Assembly (NCBI RefSeq): GCF_035084215.1
Contig: NC_090366.1
Coordinates: forward strand, 3,534,001-3,598,000
From: Heptranchias perlo
Taxonomy: Eukaryota
DNA: 64,000 nucleotides
Direction: 5' to 3'
The first letter of the stretch is position 1; each line of letters begins with the position of its first letter. Below, piece by piece: positions 37,116-49,888 of this stretch. The translations under genes were made by a program, and so were the position numbers. The notes below the pieces were generated by a model that saw only the letters and a list, made by a program, of their open reading frames with translations, did no database searches and was not told the origin of the DNA.

Positions 37116-40100
37116 TATTAAGTCGAATGAAAAGGACCAGAATCTGCAGAGGCCGCATTGTCTGATTGCCCACATTTCAGTTTCTTTCTCTAAACGAACT
37201 AAATATAACAACCAGGAGATACCAGCCGTTTTTACAATCAAGACAATGGAATCGCTCGCTGTTGTTGCTTGCAGTATTGGCACCAATATTCTCCTCTTCT
37301 ACCTTGAACGAGTTGACTCCTTGCTGAGCTCCGGTTCCTCCAATCCCTCGCTCAAGTTACTACTTTGCAGATGGCTCTATTAGGAATGAAGTTTGCCGCG
37401 AGACCCTTCACCCCGAATCCGATCCTGCCATCTCTGGATATCCACTTGCAACTGGGTTCACTCAACAGCGATAATAAACTATGGATGACTTTTGTGACGT
37501 TATAACGTCAACATCGTGTTCGGAACTACATATGTATTAGCGCATTTTCCAAAGAGATATTGTAGATTTACAACAGGACAAACATAGTTAAGATCAAACC
37601 TTCGCAGTGGAGCCTAAAGCTTATTTATTACCAAAGGAGGAAATGTGCGGGTCGGAAAGAATAGGAACGAGTGGAAAGCCGTGCACCCTGGTCCTCGGGA
37701 TGTTACATTTCCGAGTTTCCAAACGATATATAAGATGTAAGGATAATCTGACAGAAACGTCACAGCCTCCCCATGTGACTTGACATGTTAAAAAATCAGT
37801 ACACCAGCGAGACGTTTGAACAATGAGTGCAGTGCAGGGCAACACTGCGACCGGTGAGCTTAAAATATATTCTAATCCCTCTCTAGTAAATGTTGCCAGT
37901 TATTTTAGTCACTATCATTAGATTGAAACGAGATATATTAAATATTAATAGACGATTAAACAGAACTGACAATCGGATTGTTAAAGCATTTTCAATAAAA
38001 GGATAATCAGTAAACATTTATTGGGAAATTTTGCAGATCAAAATATTTCCCTTCAATGGACAACGTGCTTGTGTGAATTACAGGAAACACGGGTCGTAGA
38101 TAGGCCGCATCAATGTTCCCAATTCTTTGTCAACACCTCAAACCCTCCCCCACCCCCACCCCCACCACCCAAAATCATTTCAAGCGTGGTTCTGAGCTTG
38201 TAGTGTGGAACTGTGCAATTACCCCTACAATCAAAATGAAAGCTAGGAGGAAGCAATTATTGCCTTCATGTGAGGCCAGTAGGTGTCTCAGAACACCATC
38301 AACTCCAAACTCGCCTCCAAGTCACACACCATCCTGACATGGACATATATCGCTGTTCCCTCATGGTCGTTTGGTCAAAATCCGACAACTCCCTTCCTAA
38401 CTGCACTGTGGGAGCACCTTCACCACACAATATGCATCGGTTCAAGATGAAAGCCCACCACCACCTTCTCAAGGGCAACTAGAGATGGGCAATAAATGCT
38501 GGCCTTACCAACGACATCCACATTCCGAGAATGAATGAAAAACGGCCTTGTATTTTTCCACGACTTTTCCCTCCAATTTTCCAATGATGCTCCTGTTCTG
38601 AAGTTCATTCTTCTCATTGAAATTTGTTTCCCCCGTGCCTCACACAGTTGAACATTTTTAACCAGCAAATCGAAAAACGAGTATGTGCGGGTTTTTCGAC
38701 AGTAGCGGGCGCCCTGACTGACCTTTAAGTTCCGAGCCCAGGTCTGCTGGGCTTGGTACAGATTAATTGCTGAATTGTTTTATGTTTACCGTGAAAGTTG
38801 GAAAACCTACAATCGCATTTTGAATTGAAGTTTGTTACAATTTCCCTGATTCCTTCTGCCACCTGAGGTCTTGTTTGCTCCGTATTATCAGTGTGGAAGA
38901 AAATGTCCACTCAACTCAACAACGCGCCACACAGTGGCAGACCGACAGCATTGCATAGGCTATATGTCTCTCATTGCATCATCAGGCACATCTGAGTCCG
39001 AGAGAGATAGAGACACGTAACATGCAAATTTCAACTCCTAATTTACCTCACTGTTCCCAACATAGACTGTTGAAATGTGCACACAGTTTAATGAACAAAA
39101 CAGATGTGGCCGGAGAATGAGTTCCACACGATGAAATGCACTTGCTATCTTTGTCCAATAGATGGCGCGCACTGTGATCTTGTCGTTTTCCTTCCATCCT
39201 GTTGATGGAAATAAAAGCTCAAACTGCCATTTGGATACCAAGCACAGGAATCTTCAATTATCCAAGGTAAATCTTAATCGAAACAGGTTGTAAAGCTTGT
39301 GACTTTCCTCAAGCAATGTTTGGTCTTATTAGCAACACAGTTTAAGGTGTGTTAGGTTGAATTAAAGTAAATGAGGGAGATTCACCAATGTGAATCTTGG
39401 CTATGTTACATGCAAATTATTCTCTTTGATGTTTGGAACAAAGTCATTTTATGGAAATTAACATGTTTTAATATTTAATTGGGACATTATAATGTAGACT
39501 GTGACGTCAAATCAATTCGTGCTGGTTTGCTTTCCGAATTTCAGGATACCGTCGTTACCTCCCTCTCCGACATTCCTCTTCTTACGATTCATAGAATCAT
39601 ATAGCACAGGAGAACATTCGGTCCATCATCCATGTGCCGGCACTTTGAAAGGGTTATCCAATCACTCCCACTTCCCCTTTTCTTTCCCTATAGATCTGTA
39701 TTTTTTTTCCTTTTCAAGTATATATCCAATTCCGTTTGGAAAGTTAGTATTGAATCTCTTTCCATCAACATTTTAGGAAGTGCATTCCAGATCGTAAGAG
39801 TTCTCCTTCCATTCGCTGCAACTTTTTGCGAATTTACTTTCCTGCACTATTCGTGCTGTGATTGTGACGTCCACATTGCAACATCCCACCATTGTTGACA
39901 AGCACTCACAGCTGCCTCGGACATGCAATGTGGCGCCCCCTTGCTGTCCTCGTCCCCTCTTTCCTTCACTCTCTTCCTCCCAAGCCATCATTTGGTTCTA
40001 GCCTTCAATTGGCTCTCTCTAACACTCTTAAACATCCTCTACTGTCTTGGCATTCCGCGTCTCTTGCTACAAAGTCAGCAAGCGGCTTTGCATACTTTAT

Positions 40101-41100
40101 ACTTCAAAACACTATATTAATGCGAGATTTACTTACGGGCTTGTAGTTCATCCATTATATCTCATATTGAATATGGTTAATGGACTCGCTCATGTCGATT
40201 TCCCATTGAATATTGCATTCAGGGTTGTGAATTGAACATGCTTGAGGGCATGTAGATCCCACCTTGTATTTCGCAGTGGGTGGTCTGCATGGACTAACCG
40301 TGTTGACGTGTAGTTTGCCTATTGTTTCGTACGTTGGGGGTGGTTAATGATTATCTCTGAGGACAAGTAGATCATCCAATGTAGCTCACATTATGGGTGG
40401 TGAATGGGTATCCCATAGTCATGAAGTTTGTCCATTGTATCTCGAATGGTGAGCTGCGGTTCGTTGATATTGTCTCAATATTCCATGGTCCAAAATCTAG
40501 CAGGTTAGTTGTGCTAGTTTGCAACACAGTAAACACACAGTTTAACAGATGTTCTAAATACTACTGACCTGTTAGACAATAATGAAAAGTGAGGTGATAT
40601 TTCATCACTGATAAAGTGACAGAAGTAATCAATGACCCATTATTATAAAACACTATAATCCAGTTCATCCTTCAGACTCGCTTCTCCTGAAATAGAGACA
40701 CAAACATAACCGAAGGTTGACAGAAGATCCCTCTGGCGGCTGTTTTGGTGACAGTTCAAACATAATGGGAGGATTTATCTCTATGTTAATCATAACACCT
40801 GGGAAACGTTAACGATTATGTGGAGATACCAAAGAAGGGAAATAGTCATAAAAATCTTGACCAATGTCACGAACGCAGAGAGAGCAAATGGAATCCTCCA
40901 GCGATATTTACACTGTCACGAACACAGGGAGTTAAAAGGGAGGGTCTAACCCAGTTGTAGTACAAACTAACAAGAGCGTATTTCATCTGCAGACTACTGT
41001 ACCTGACCGGGGAAAGGTGGATGCTTATTTTGACTTTAAGTAAAGTGAAGTGTTCCACGCTCATTGGATAACAAAAACAATAACAAATTACCAGTTACGT

Positions 41101-42927
41101 CATAGAATCATAGAATCATAGAAGTTACAACATGGAAACAGGCCCTTCGGCCCAACAGGTCCATGTCGCCCAGTTAATACCACTAAGCTAGTCCCAATTG
41201 CCTGCCCTTGGCCCATATCCCTCTATACCCATCTTACCCATGTAACTGTCCAAATGCTTTTTGAAAGACAAAATTGTACCCGCATCTACTGCTGCCTCTG
41301 GCAGCTCGTTCCAGACACTCACCACCCTTCGAGTGAAAAAATTGCCACTCGTGACCCTTTTATATCTCTCCCCTCACACCTTAATTCTATTTCCCCCCCC
41401 CCCCCCCACACTTTATAGACTCCCCTACCTTTGGGAAAAGATTTTGACTATCTACCTTATCTATGCCCCTCATTATTTTATAGACTTCTATAAGATCAGC
41501 CCTTCACCTCCTACTCTCCAGGGAAAAAAAGTCCCAGTCTATCTAACCTCTCCCTATAAGTCAAACCATCAAGTCCCGGTAGCATCCTAGTAAATCTTTT
41601 CTGCACTATTTCTAGTTTAATAATATCCTTTCTATAATAGGGTGACCAGAACTGTACACAGTATTCCAAGTGTGGCCTTACTAATGTCTTGTACAACTTC
41701 AACAAGACATCCCAACTCCTGTATTCAATGTTCTGACAAATGAAACCAAGCATGCCGAATGCCTTTTTCACCACCCTATCCACCTGTGACTCCACTTTCA
41801 AGGAGTTATGAACCTGTACTCCTGGATCTCTTTGTTCTATAACTCTCCCCAACGCCCTACCATTAACGTAGTTGGTCCTGGTCCGATTCGATTTACCAAA
41901 ATGCATCACCTCACATTTATCTAAATTAAACTCCATCTGCCATTCATCGACCCACTGGCCCAATTTATCAAGATCCCGTTGCAATCCTAGATAACCTTCT
42001 TCACTGTCCACAATGCCACCAATCTTGGTGTCATCTGCAAACTAACGAACCATGCCTCCTAAATTCTCATCCAAATCATTAATATAAATAACAAATAACA
42101 GCGGACCCAGCACCGATCCCTGAGGCACACCGCTGGTCACAGGCCTCCAGTTTGAAAAACAACCCTCCACAACCAGCCTCTGTCTTCTGTCGTCAAGCCA
42201 ATTTTCTATCCAATTGGCTACCTCACCTTGGATCCCGTGAGATTTAACCATATGTAACAACCTACCATGCGGTACCTTGTCAAAGGCTTTGCTGAAGTCC
42301 ATGTAGACCACGTCTACTGCACAGCACTCATCGATCTTCTTGGTTACCCCTTCAAAAAACTCAATCAAATTCGTGAGACATGATTTTCCTCTCACAAAAC
42401 CATGCTGACTGTTCCTAATCAGTCCCTTCCTCTCCAAATGCCTGTAGGTCCTGTCCCTCAGAATACCCTCTAACAACTTACCCACTACAGATGTCAGGCT
42501 CACCGGTCTGTATTTCCCAGGCTTTTCCCTGCCGCCCTTCTTAAACAAAGGCACAGCATTTGCTACCCTCCAATCTTCAGGCACCTCACCTGCAGCTGTC
42601 GATGATTCAAATATCTCTGCTCGGGGACCCGCAATTTCCTCCCTAACCTCCCATAACGTCCTGGGATACATTTCATCAGGTCCCGGAGATTTATCTACCT
42701 TGATGCGCGTTAAGACTTCCAGCACCTCCCTCTCTGTAATATGTACACTCCTCAAGACATAACTATTTATTTCCCCAAGTTCCCTAACATCCATGCCTTT
42801 TTCAACCGTAAATACCGATGTGAAATATTCATTCAGGATCTCACCCATCTCTTGTGGTTCCGCACATAGATGACCTTGTTGATCCTTAAGAGGCCCTATT
42901 CTCTCCCTCGTTACTCTTTTGCCCTTC
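41101..42927 (-). mobile_element. Young 5'-truncated CR1 LINE (frameshifted)
   Basis: ORFs 42042-42929 and 41511-42011 are near-identical to the 32889 element; tail catagaatcatagaatc. Empty site at ~11995-12003. Confidence 0.95.
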
Positions 42928-43280
42928 ATGATAATTTTATAACCATGACCCCACCATCTTTAAGTAAGTATTAATATTCAGTACAGTTTTATAAAGTGTG
43001 GGATCCAATACATACTTCAATAATTCATGGAACTCCATGCTCCGCCCTTTTGTAATCAGTTCGTTTCCATTGCAAATTGCTTCTGAATGAAGCAATATTT
43101 TTATAAATGTCTGTAGCGTTTATTTTTTAGTGAATCAAGGTCCCTAGTGTAGTTAACATTCTCTAAATTGAGAACAATTTAAAGGTGTAAACTCCTTAAA
43201 GGGAGTGGTAAGTAGTTTTACTTTCCTTTTTTTTTCTCTTGACATTGTAGTTGTTCTTAAGCTAATTTAAGGGTTAAGTC

Positions 43281-44229
43281 ATGGCAGGAGATCCCAGGGC
43301 CGTGTCATGTTCCTCTTGTGGGATGTGGGAATTCAGGGCTCCTTCCTGTATCCCTGATTCCTTCACCTGCGGGAAGTGTGTCCAGCTGCAGCTATTGTTT
43401 GACCGCTTGACGGCTCTGGAGCTGCGGATGGACTCACTTTGGAGCATCCGCGATGCTGAGAAAGTCGTGGATAGCTCGTTCTGTGAGTTGGTCACACCGC
43501 AGATAAAAATTACTGAGGGAGATAGTGAATGGGTGACCAACAGACAGAGGAAAAGTAGGAAGGCAGTGCAGGGGTCCCCTGCGGTCATCTACCTCCAAAA
43601 CAGGTATAACGTTTTGGATACTGTTGGGGGAGATGGCTCACCAGGGGAAGGTGGCAGTGGCCAGGTTCATGGCACCGTGGCTGGCTCTGCTGCACAGGAG
43701 GGCAGGAAAAAGAGTGGCAGAGCTATAGTGATAGGGGACTCGATTGTAAGGGGAATAGACAGGCGTTTCTGCGGACGCAACCGAGACTCCAGGATGGTAT
43801 GTTGCCTCCCTGGTGCAAGGGTCAAGGATGTCTCGGAGCGGCTGCAGGACATTCTGGAGGGGGAGGGTGAACAGCCAGTTGTCGTGGTGCATATAGGCAC
43901 CAACGATATAGGTAAAAAAACAGGATGAGGTCCTACAAGCTGAATTTAGGGAGTTAGGAGTTAAACTAAGGAGTAGGACCTCAAAGGTAGTAATCTCAGG
44001 ATTGCTACCAGTGCCACGGGCAAGTCAGAGTAGGAATGACAGGATAGCTAAGATGAATACGTGGCTTGAGAAATGGTGCAAAAGGGAGGGATTCAAATTC
44101 CTGGGCCATTGGAACCGGTTCTGGGGGAGGTGGGACCAGTACAAATTGGAGGGTCTGCATCTGGGCAGGACTGGAACCAATGTCCTAGGGGGAGTGTTTG
44201 CCAGTGCTGTTGGGGAGGGTTTAAACTAA
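43281..44229 (+). CDS. CR1 ORF1 (CxxC zinc finger, coiled coil, SGNH/GDSL esterase), frameshifted at the A-run ~43914-43921
   Basis: CSSC..CGKC, LxxRLxxLE, IVIGDSIVRG, LPGA, VHIGTND, then in the shifted frame LLPVP..EGLHL. Confidence 0.85.
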
Positions 44230-47177
44230 TGTGGCAGGGGGATGGGAACCGATGCAGGAAGTCAGTGGGAAATAAAGTGGTGACAGAAACAAAAGGCAGT
44301 AAGGGAGAGTGTACAGAATATGACCGGACAGATGGTCTGAGAAAGCAGGGCAAAGACCAAGGGAAGTCTAGATTAAACTGCATTTATTTCAATGCAAGAA
44401 GTCTGATGGGCAAGGCAGATGAACTCAGGGCATGGATGGGTACATGGGACTGGGATGTTATCGCTATTACTGAAACATGGCTAAGGGAGGGGCAGGACTG
44501 GCAGCTCAATGTTCCAGGGTACAGATGCTATAGGAAAGATAGAGCAGGAGGTAAGAGTGGAGGGGGAGTTGCGTTCTTGATTAGGGAGAACATCACGGCA
44601 GTAGTGAGAGGGGATATATCCGAGGGTTCGCCCACTGAGTCTATATGGGTAGAACTGAAAAATAAGAAGGGAGAGATCACTTTGATAGGATTGTACTACA
44701 GACCCCCAAATAGTCAACGGGAAATTGAGGAGCAAATATGTAAGGAGATTACAGACAGCTGCAAGAAAAATAGGGTGTTAATAGTAGGGGACTTTAACTT
44801 TCCCAACATTGACTGGGACAGCCATAGCATTAGGGGCTTGGATGGAGAGAAATTTGTTGAGTGTATTCAGGAGGAATTTCTCATTCAGTATGTGGATGGC
44901 CAGACAAGAGAGGGGGCAAAACTTGACCTCCTCTTGGGAAATAAGGAAGGGCAGGTGACAGAAGTGTTAGTGAGGGATCACTTTGGGACCAGTGATCATA
45001 ATTCCATTAGTTTTAAGATAGCTATGGAGAAGGATAGGTCTGGCCCAAAAGTTAAAATTCTAAATTGGGGAAAGGCCAATTTTGATGGTATTAGACAGGA
45101 ACTTTCAGAAGTTGATTGGGAGAGTCTGTTGGCAGGCAAAGGGACGTCTGGTAAGTGGGAGGCTTTCAAAAGTGTGTTAACCAGGGTTCAGGGTAAGCAC
45201 ATTCCTTATAAAGTGAAGGGCAAGGCTGGTAGAAGTAGGGAACCTTGGATGACTCGGGAGATTGAGGCCCGAGTCAAAACGAAGAAGGAGGCATATGACA
45301 TGCATAGGCAGCTGGGATCAAGTGGATCCCTTGAAGAGTATAGAGATTGCCGGAGTAGAGTTAAGAGAAAAATCAGGAGGGCAAAAAGGGGATATGAGAT
45401 TGCTTTGGCAGATCAGGCAAAGGTGAATCCAAAGAGCTTCTACAAATACATAAAGGGCAAAAGGGTAACTAGGGAGAGAGTAGGGCCTCTTAAGGATCAA
45501 CAAGGTCATCTATGTGCGGAACCACAAGAGATGGGTGAGATCCTGAATGAATATTTCACATCGGTATTTACGGTTGAGAAAGGCATGGATGTTAGGGAAC
45601 TTGGGGAAATAAATAGTGATGTCTTGAGGAGTGTACATATTACAGAGAGGGAGGTGCTGGAAGTCTTAACGCGCATCAAGGTAGATAAATCTCCGGGACC
45701 TGATGAAATGTATCCCAGGACGTTATGGGAGGTTAGGGAGGAAATTGCGGGTCCCCGAGCAGAGATATTTGAATCATCCACCGCTACAGGTGAGGTGCCT
45801 GAAGATTGCAGGGTAGCAAATGTTGTGCCTTTGTTTAAGAAGGGCGGCAGGGAAAAGCCTGGGGACTACAGACCAGTGAGCCTGACATCTGTAGTGGGTA
45901 AGTTGTTAGAGGTTATTCTGAGGGACAGGATCTACAGGCATTTGGAGAGGCAGGGACTAATTAGGAACAGTCAGCATGGTTTTGTGAGAGGAAAATCATG
46001 TCTCACGAATTTGATTGAGTTTTTTGAAGGGGTAACCAAGAAGATAGATGAGGGCTGTGCAGTAGACGTGGTCTACATGGACTTCAGCAAAGCATTTGAC
46101 AAGATACCGCATGGTAGGTTGTTACATAAGGTTAAATCTCATGGGATCCAAGTTGAGGTAGCCAATTGGATACAAAATTGGCTTGACGACAGAAGACAGA
46201 GGGTGGTTGTAGAGGTTTGCTTTTCAAACTGGATGCCTGTGTCCAGCGGTGTGCCTCAGGGATCGGTGCTGGGTCCGCTGTTATTTGTTATTTATATTAA
46301 TGATTTGGATGAGAATTTAGGAGGCATGGTTAGTAAGTTTGCCGATGACACCAAGATTGGTGGCATAGTGGACAGTGAATAAGGTTATCTAGGATTGCAA
46401 CGGGATCTTGATAAATTGGGCCAGTGGGCCGATGAATGGCAGATGGAGTTTAATTTAGATAAATGTGAGGTGATGCATTTTGGTAGATCGAATCGGGCCA
46501 GGACCTACTCCGTTAATGGTAGGGCGTTGGGGAGAGTTATAGAACAAAGAGATCTGGGAGTACAGATTCAGAGCTCCTTGAAAGTGGAGTCACAGGTGGA
46601 TAGGGTGGTGAAGAAGGCATTCAGCATGCTTGGTTTCATTGGTCAGAACATTGAATGCAGGAGTTGGGATGTGTTGTTGAAGTTGTACAGGGCATTGGTG
46701 AGGCCACACTTGGAGTACTCTGTACAGTTCTGGTCACCCTATTATAGAAAGGATATTATTAAACTAGAAAGAGTGCAGAAAAGATTTACTAGGATGCTAC
46801 CGGGACTTGATGGTTTGACTTACAGGGAGAGGTTAGACAGACTGGGACTTTTTTCCCTGGAGAGTAGGAGGTTAAGGGGTGATCTTATAGACGTCTATAA
46901 AATAATGAGGGGCATAGATAAGGTCGATAGTCAAAATCTTTTCCGAAAGGTAGGGGAGTCTATAACGAGGGGGCATAGATTTAAGGTGAGAGGGGAGAGA
47001 TACAAAAGGGTCCAGAGGGGCAAATTTTTCACTCAAATGGTGGTGAGTGTCTGGAACGAGCTGCCAGAGGCAGTAGTAGAGGCGGGTACAATTTTGTCTG
47101 TTAAAAAGCATTTGGACAGTTACATGGGTAAGATGGGTATAGAGGGATATGGGCCAAGTGCAGGCAATTGGGACTAG
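44229..47177 (+). CDS. CR1 ORF2 (APE endonuclease + reverse transcriptase), one premature stop at 46380-46382
   Basis: YFNARS, ITETW, GGGVA, YRPP, GDFN, SDH and RT motifs. GAA>TAA relative to the 32889 copy; the frame continues in ORF 46395-47177. Confidence 0.9.
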
Positions 47178-47721
47178 CTTAGTGGTATAAACTGGGCGAC
47201 ATGGACATTTTTTTGGCCGAAGGGCCTGTTTCCATGTTGTAACTTCTATGATTCTATGATTCTATGATTCTATGATATCGTCGTGAATGAAACTGATGAA
47301 AATTGACGCTGAGCTGAACGTTTATTATACTGGATGGGAGAGGCTGCCGCAATAACACAGCCCCCTTTGGAGACGTTTAACGCATTGCAGGGCCATATAA
47401 CAAGGTGAGAGAGGGAAGTCTTCAATGGAAACAATGTTAAGATTACTTAGGAAATTAGTTCTTTTTATTAAAGTAAAAAGATTGTCCATTAACGTCCGCC
47501 TCACTGCATTTCAGATTGGTGGTTAAAATGAAAACCCATGTGGGGTTATAAATCATATGTTCCAACAAAGAGAATTGCAAATGTTCGCAATTAATCTCGG
47601 GAAGATGTCCATTTTCACAGCCCTTCCTGAGTGTGAGGTCCCTGTTCTATCTCGTGAAACCAGTTGTGTTGAGTTATTGTTGAGATCTATCCGTCGAAAT
47701 GCAACAAATCTCACTCGATTT

Positions 47722-49888
47722 TCACTTAAATTTAATTGCGGGGTATTCACTGGATTCCTCAGTCTGGGAATATCTTTCAAGCTTGCGAAAGTTTCTATCA
47801 TTGGCCACTGCATAAAACCTCCTCACACCAATATTTGTATACAGGCCAATGAATATATATAGGGCATTGGCTCTATAACATAAAGTACTGCCTTAGACAT
47901 GGAGTCATTGTTCCGGGTGAGAGTGCGCTTTCAGTGCCGGAATAATCCGCATCATCCCACCTCTGGCACTAATCGACTGTTCCTAATGAGTTCGGGGAAC
48001 ATTTTGAGCTTTAGAACATGCACACGAACTAAAAGACGGGAAGCAAAAGACCGACTGGTCCATTGACCATCACCCAAACTGTCATGACCCATACAATGCA
48101 TCACGACAGCAGCCTTCCCTCCCTCCACCACGAACTGTCCAGGAAGAGGCAAAAAAATAGATAAAAAGCATTAGGCCACTTCATTAAAAAAAATGTTAAA
48201 TTCCTCTCTGATCACTAAAAGGAGTTCCAGGAGATAACAGTGCCGATTAGGTACATTAACCAACATCCCACCTGTGGTTTTTATGCCAAGTGGGAAGACA
48301 TCCAGTTGCTTTATGAACTTTTCCAGATTCCTCTCCAACTTCACCAAGACAACGACTGCAATCAGAATGATAACTGCGGCGGCTGTTCTTATTCGCATGG
48401 CTATTATCAATGAAAATGTACCTAACATATTCAAAAGAATAAGTTTGGAGATCATTATTCCTCTGAGATTACAACACGGTATGAGGATAGCATTTATCAG
48501 CATGTATGGGAATCTGTAAACATTACAGCCCAGCGTTGCACTTATTAAATAAACAATGGAGGGAGCTTCTGCAAATTGCTGAGAATTCAATTATTTCTGT
48601 TCAAGTCAAAACCGAACACACACCTCGGTATTATTCAATGTACCTGCAGCCTCCCTGTAGCTTGTGACTTAGGCTAGGAGTATCAAGATATCTTTCCATT
48701 CTAGGCTTAAGTTGAATGGCACTGAGGAGATGGAATATGAACTCCAAAAGGAACAAACAAAAAAATACCTAAAATAGAAAGATTGACATGAGATCTGGAA
48801 GCGTGTTGTTTTATAATATAGCGGGCATTGGTTTTCTTCAGTCGGAATTAATAGTCACCTTCATCGATGTCTTTTATCCGTAAGAAATAATGTTTTTTGT
48901 TAAAGTCGCTGGTGAATTCAGCTCGCCCTCTATAGATCAAGTTTATATTGTCTGGGCCTCTGGGATCCTGGACAATAAAGACCCCTCGGTTTCCAGGAAC
49001 AGAACCCCTCTTTAACCACATACCCCGTGGGTTGCGGCCATCGATGGGATAATCACATTTGCACGGGATCTCTGCACATGAACCGCTCACTGCCGTCACA
49101 AAGCATGGCATCGCCACAGACCATGGTGACCTTTGGACAACTGATGATAAATAGAAATTAAGCATCCATTGAAATCCCCAATAACATTCCAATTCAAACA
49201 TTCCGGAAAAGTCCAGCTAAATGCTTTGAAATTACTCTTTAATGCTGAAATAGCCACTTCGTGAATTGACAAATCACTAACTAACCATATACCACGTCTG
49301 TAATAAATTACTTCGATATTTTTCCACAAGATGGAAAACGTCGCCAGCAGAAATAATTATAACGAATATTTTAATTCCAGGGATGAAGGGCTTTAGTTAC
49401 GTGGATAGACTGGAGAAGCTGGCGTTGTTCTCCTTGGAACAGAGAAGGTTGTGAGGTGATTTGATAGAGTTTTTGAAAATCATGAAGGGCCTAAATAGAG
49501 TAGATAGCGAGAAACTATTCCCATTGGCAGAAGGGTCAAGAACCAGAGGTCATAGATTTAAGGTGATTGGCAAAAGAACCAAAGGTGACATGAGGAAAAA
49601 AATTTTTACACAGCGAGTGGTTAGGATCTGGAATGCGCTGCCAGAGAGGATGGTGGAGGCAGATTTAATTATGGCCTTCAAAGAGGAACTGGATAAGTAC
49701 TTGAAAGGAAAAACAATGCAGGGCTACGGGGATAGGGCGAGGAAGTGGGACTAGCTGTATTGCTCTTGCATGGAGTCGGCACGGAGTTGGTGGGCCGAAT
49801 GGCCTCCTTCCGCGCAGTCACCTTTCTATTATTCAATGATTTTACCTTCGATAAATAATAAGAGAGAAACGAACTTCATATTCTTCAT
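47722..49888 (-). pseudogene. Compact Siglec-like pseudogene B2: signal 49846-49888, V-set 48769-49140, TM 48331-48421, tail 47722-47872
   Basis: Paralog of A2 with the same DY*FRL stop (48848-48850) and the same GA TM donor. Frameshifted tail ends SSEYPAIKFK*. Confidence 0.85.

Larger units (their letters stand above)
43113..47275 (+). mobile_element. Near full-length young CR1 LINE
   Basis: 5' UTR, ORF1, ORF2 and (ATTCTATG)n tail. Empty site aaatgtctagatatcgtc at ~12162-12180. Confidence 0.95.
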
